Part shown: in pieces, positions 62,961-64,000 of the stretch | Numbering within the stretch: position 1 is the first letter of the stretch | Layout: each line of letters starts with the position of its first letter | Origin: Macrostomum hystrix | Taxonomy: Eukaryota; Animalia; Platyhelminthes | Assembly: GCA_950097015.1 (NCBI GenBank) | Contig: CATNEN010000026.1 | Coordinates: 310,001-374,000 of the forward strand | Direction of reading: 5' to 3' | DNA length: 64,000 nt | Program-made: the position numbers and the translations under genes | The notes under the pieces: generated by a model | What the model was told of the DNA's origin: nothing | Databases searched by the model: none | The model's input: the letters and a program-made list of their open reading frames with translations, nothing else

Positions 62961-64000
62961 ATCTCCTCTCCCAGTCGAAAATATATTCTTTCCTAGTCTC
63001 ATCTCTCTCCTCACCTTATCTCCCATTTTTCCTCCCCATATCTTACATCTCTTCTTACATTCTCAGGTCTGTATTTAGCCCTTCATACCACCTTTGTTGA
63101 TCTTGTTTTCCTAATATTCTTATTGTTTTAGTTTCCATCATTGCATGACCACACTGTCTCCTTCTTAACCTGTTTAACTGTCTTAGAGTCATTACCCTGC
63201 TTCTTTTCCGAAACAAGTTGGGAAGATTCGAAATCAGAATTTTATTCGATGCCGCGTTTTATCAAAACCAATGTTAGCCTCTCAAATTTTGACCGCACAG
63301 ATAGTTTTGTGAACACAAGTCTGCAGGAAGGAGACAACATTCAGGCAGCCCGCGATAGTGATGGGAGAGTAAGAATTGTGATCGTAAGTAGACCAGGATG
63401 CTCAGAGTAAGCCCTGTTGAAGCATTAGCCAGGCACTAGTGTACTCGCTAAACTGCATTTTACGACCAAATGCTTAATGGGATTAGATAGCTACATTGGA
63501 GGGGAGTGCATGAAGGTATCCTCTATACTCAGACCTGGGCTCAGACTTCTTATATATTTTAAAATAGGCGTTCGCTTCTGCGACAAGAAGACAAAGAGGC
63601 GGCGGCAACGGCGGTGGCTGCTGCTGCTGCTGGGATGGCCTTACTTAGTACGGGGCTGGGGAGGCCATCTGAATTATGCAAGGGCCTCTGCAGCAAAAAC
63701 GCTAGAGCCGACCCGCCGGCCCCTGGTGGGCTGAGAACTCGCGTTCGAGCTTTTGTAGCGCGGGGCACTTGGCGGCGGGCAGATAAATGGAATGAGAACA
63801 GACAGACGGACAGACGGCAGTCCAGGAGGGCCGGATAGAGGAGAAAAAGAGGCAATGTGAGACACTGTGGTAAAGGATAGGATCTTTGGGATCCTCGCAG
63901 AGTCCGCTCAGTTGCAGCCACTCTCTTATTTACGTCGTAAGATGGCGGCAACTTTGAGGTTTTTCAAACCCATCCCTCAAGCAGTGCCTTTTTTTCTCAT

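Noticed and set aside
62431-63100. Hydrophobic Leu/Ser-rich ORFs as SLC17 continuation
   Set aside because: 22-bp pyrimidine repeat; no MFS TM9-12 motifs.
63939-64000. YY1-type AAGATGGCGGC start of a new gene (MAATLRFF...)
   Set aside because: Truncated by the window end and presumably inside the unfinished SLC17 gene; one motif is insufficient.

Overview
Intron-rich animal genomic DNA, not prokaryotic. GT-AG introns, GC-rich exons, dense intronic minisatellites and a temptin-domain gene suggest a lophotrochozoan, possibly a free-living flatworm such as Macrostomum (inference). Ten protein-coding genes were rebuilt by hand, checking splice phases. In order: temptin-domain/DBH-type copper monooxygenase (-), SLC5 sodium:solute symporter with one GC-AG intron (-), SCAMP (-), espin/forked (+), an orphan secreted 10-Cys protein (+), COX7C (-), NFAT5 (+), a very divergent Cys-loop channel subunit (+), an ephexin-type DH-PH-SH3 RhoGEF (-, 5' end unresolved) and a VGLUT-like SLC17 transporter (+, 3' part not seen in the window). 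Mobile DNA: a full-length DD34D mariner with TIRs and TA duplication, a LINE 3' fragment, two tRNA-derived SINE families (one CORE-type) with TSD-flanked copies, and MITE-like elements. About 15 different minisatellites occur, and many fill otherwise short introns. Best leads: the VGLUT-like transporter with an Asp where the glutamate-binding Arg322 should be, the Cys-loop subunit with a C-x14-C loop and no aromatic box, the orphan Cys-rich secreted protein, the temptin-monooxygenase fusion, and SINE-seeded, intron-filling satellites. All homology calls come from remembered family motifs; no database search was run.
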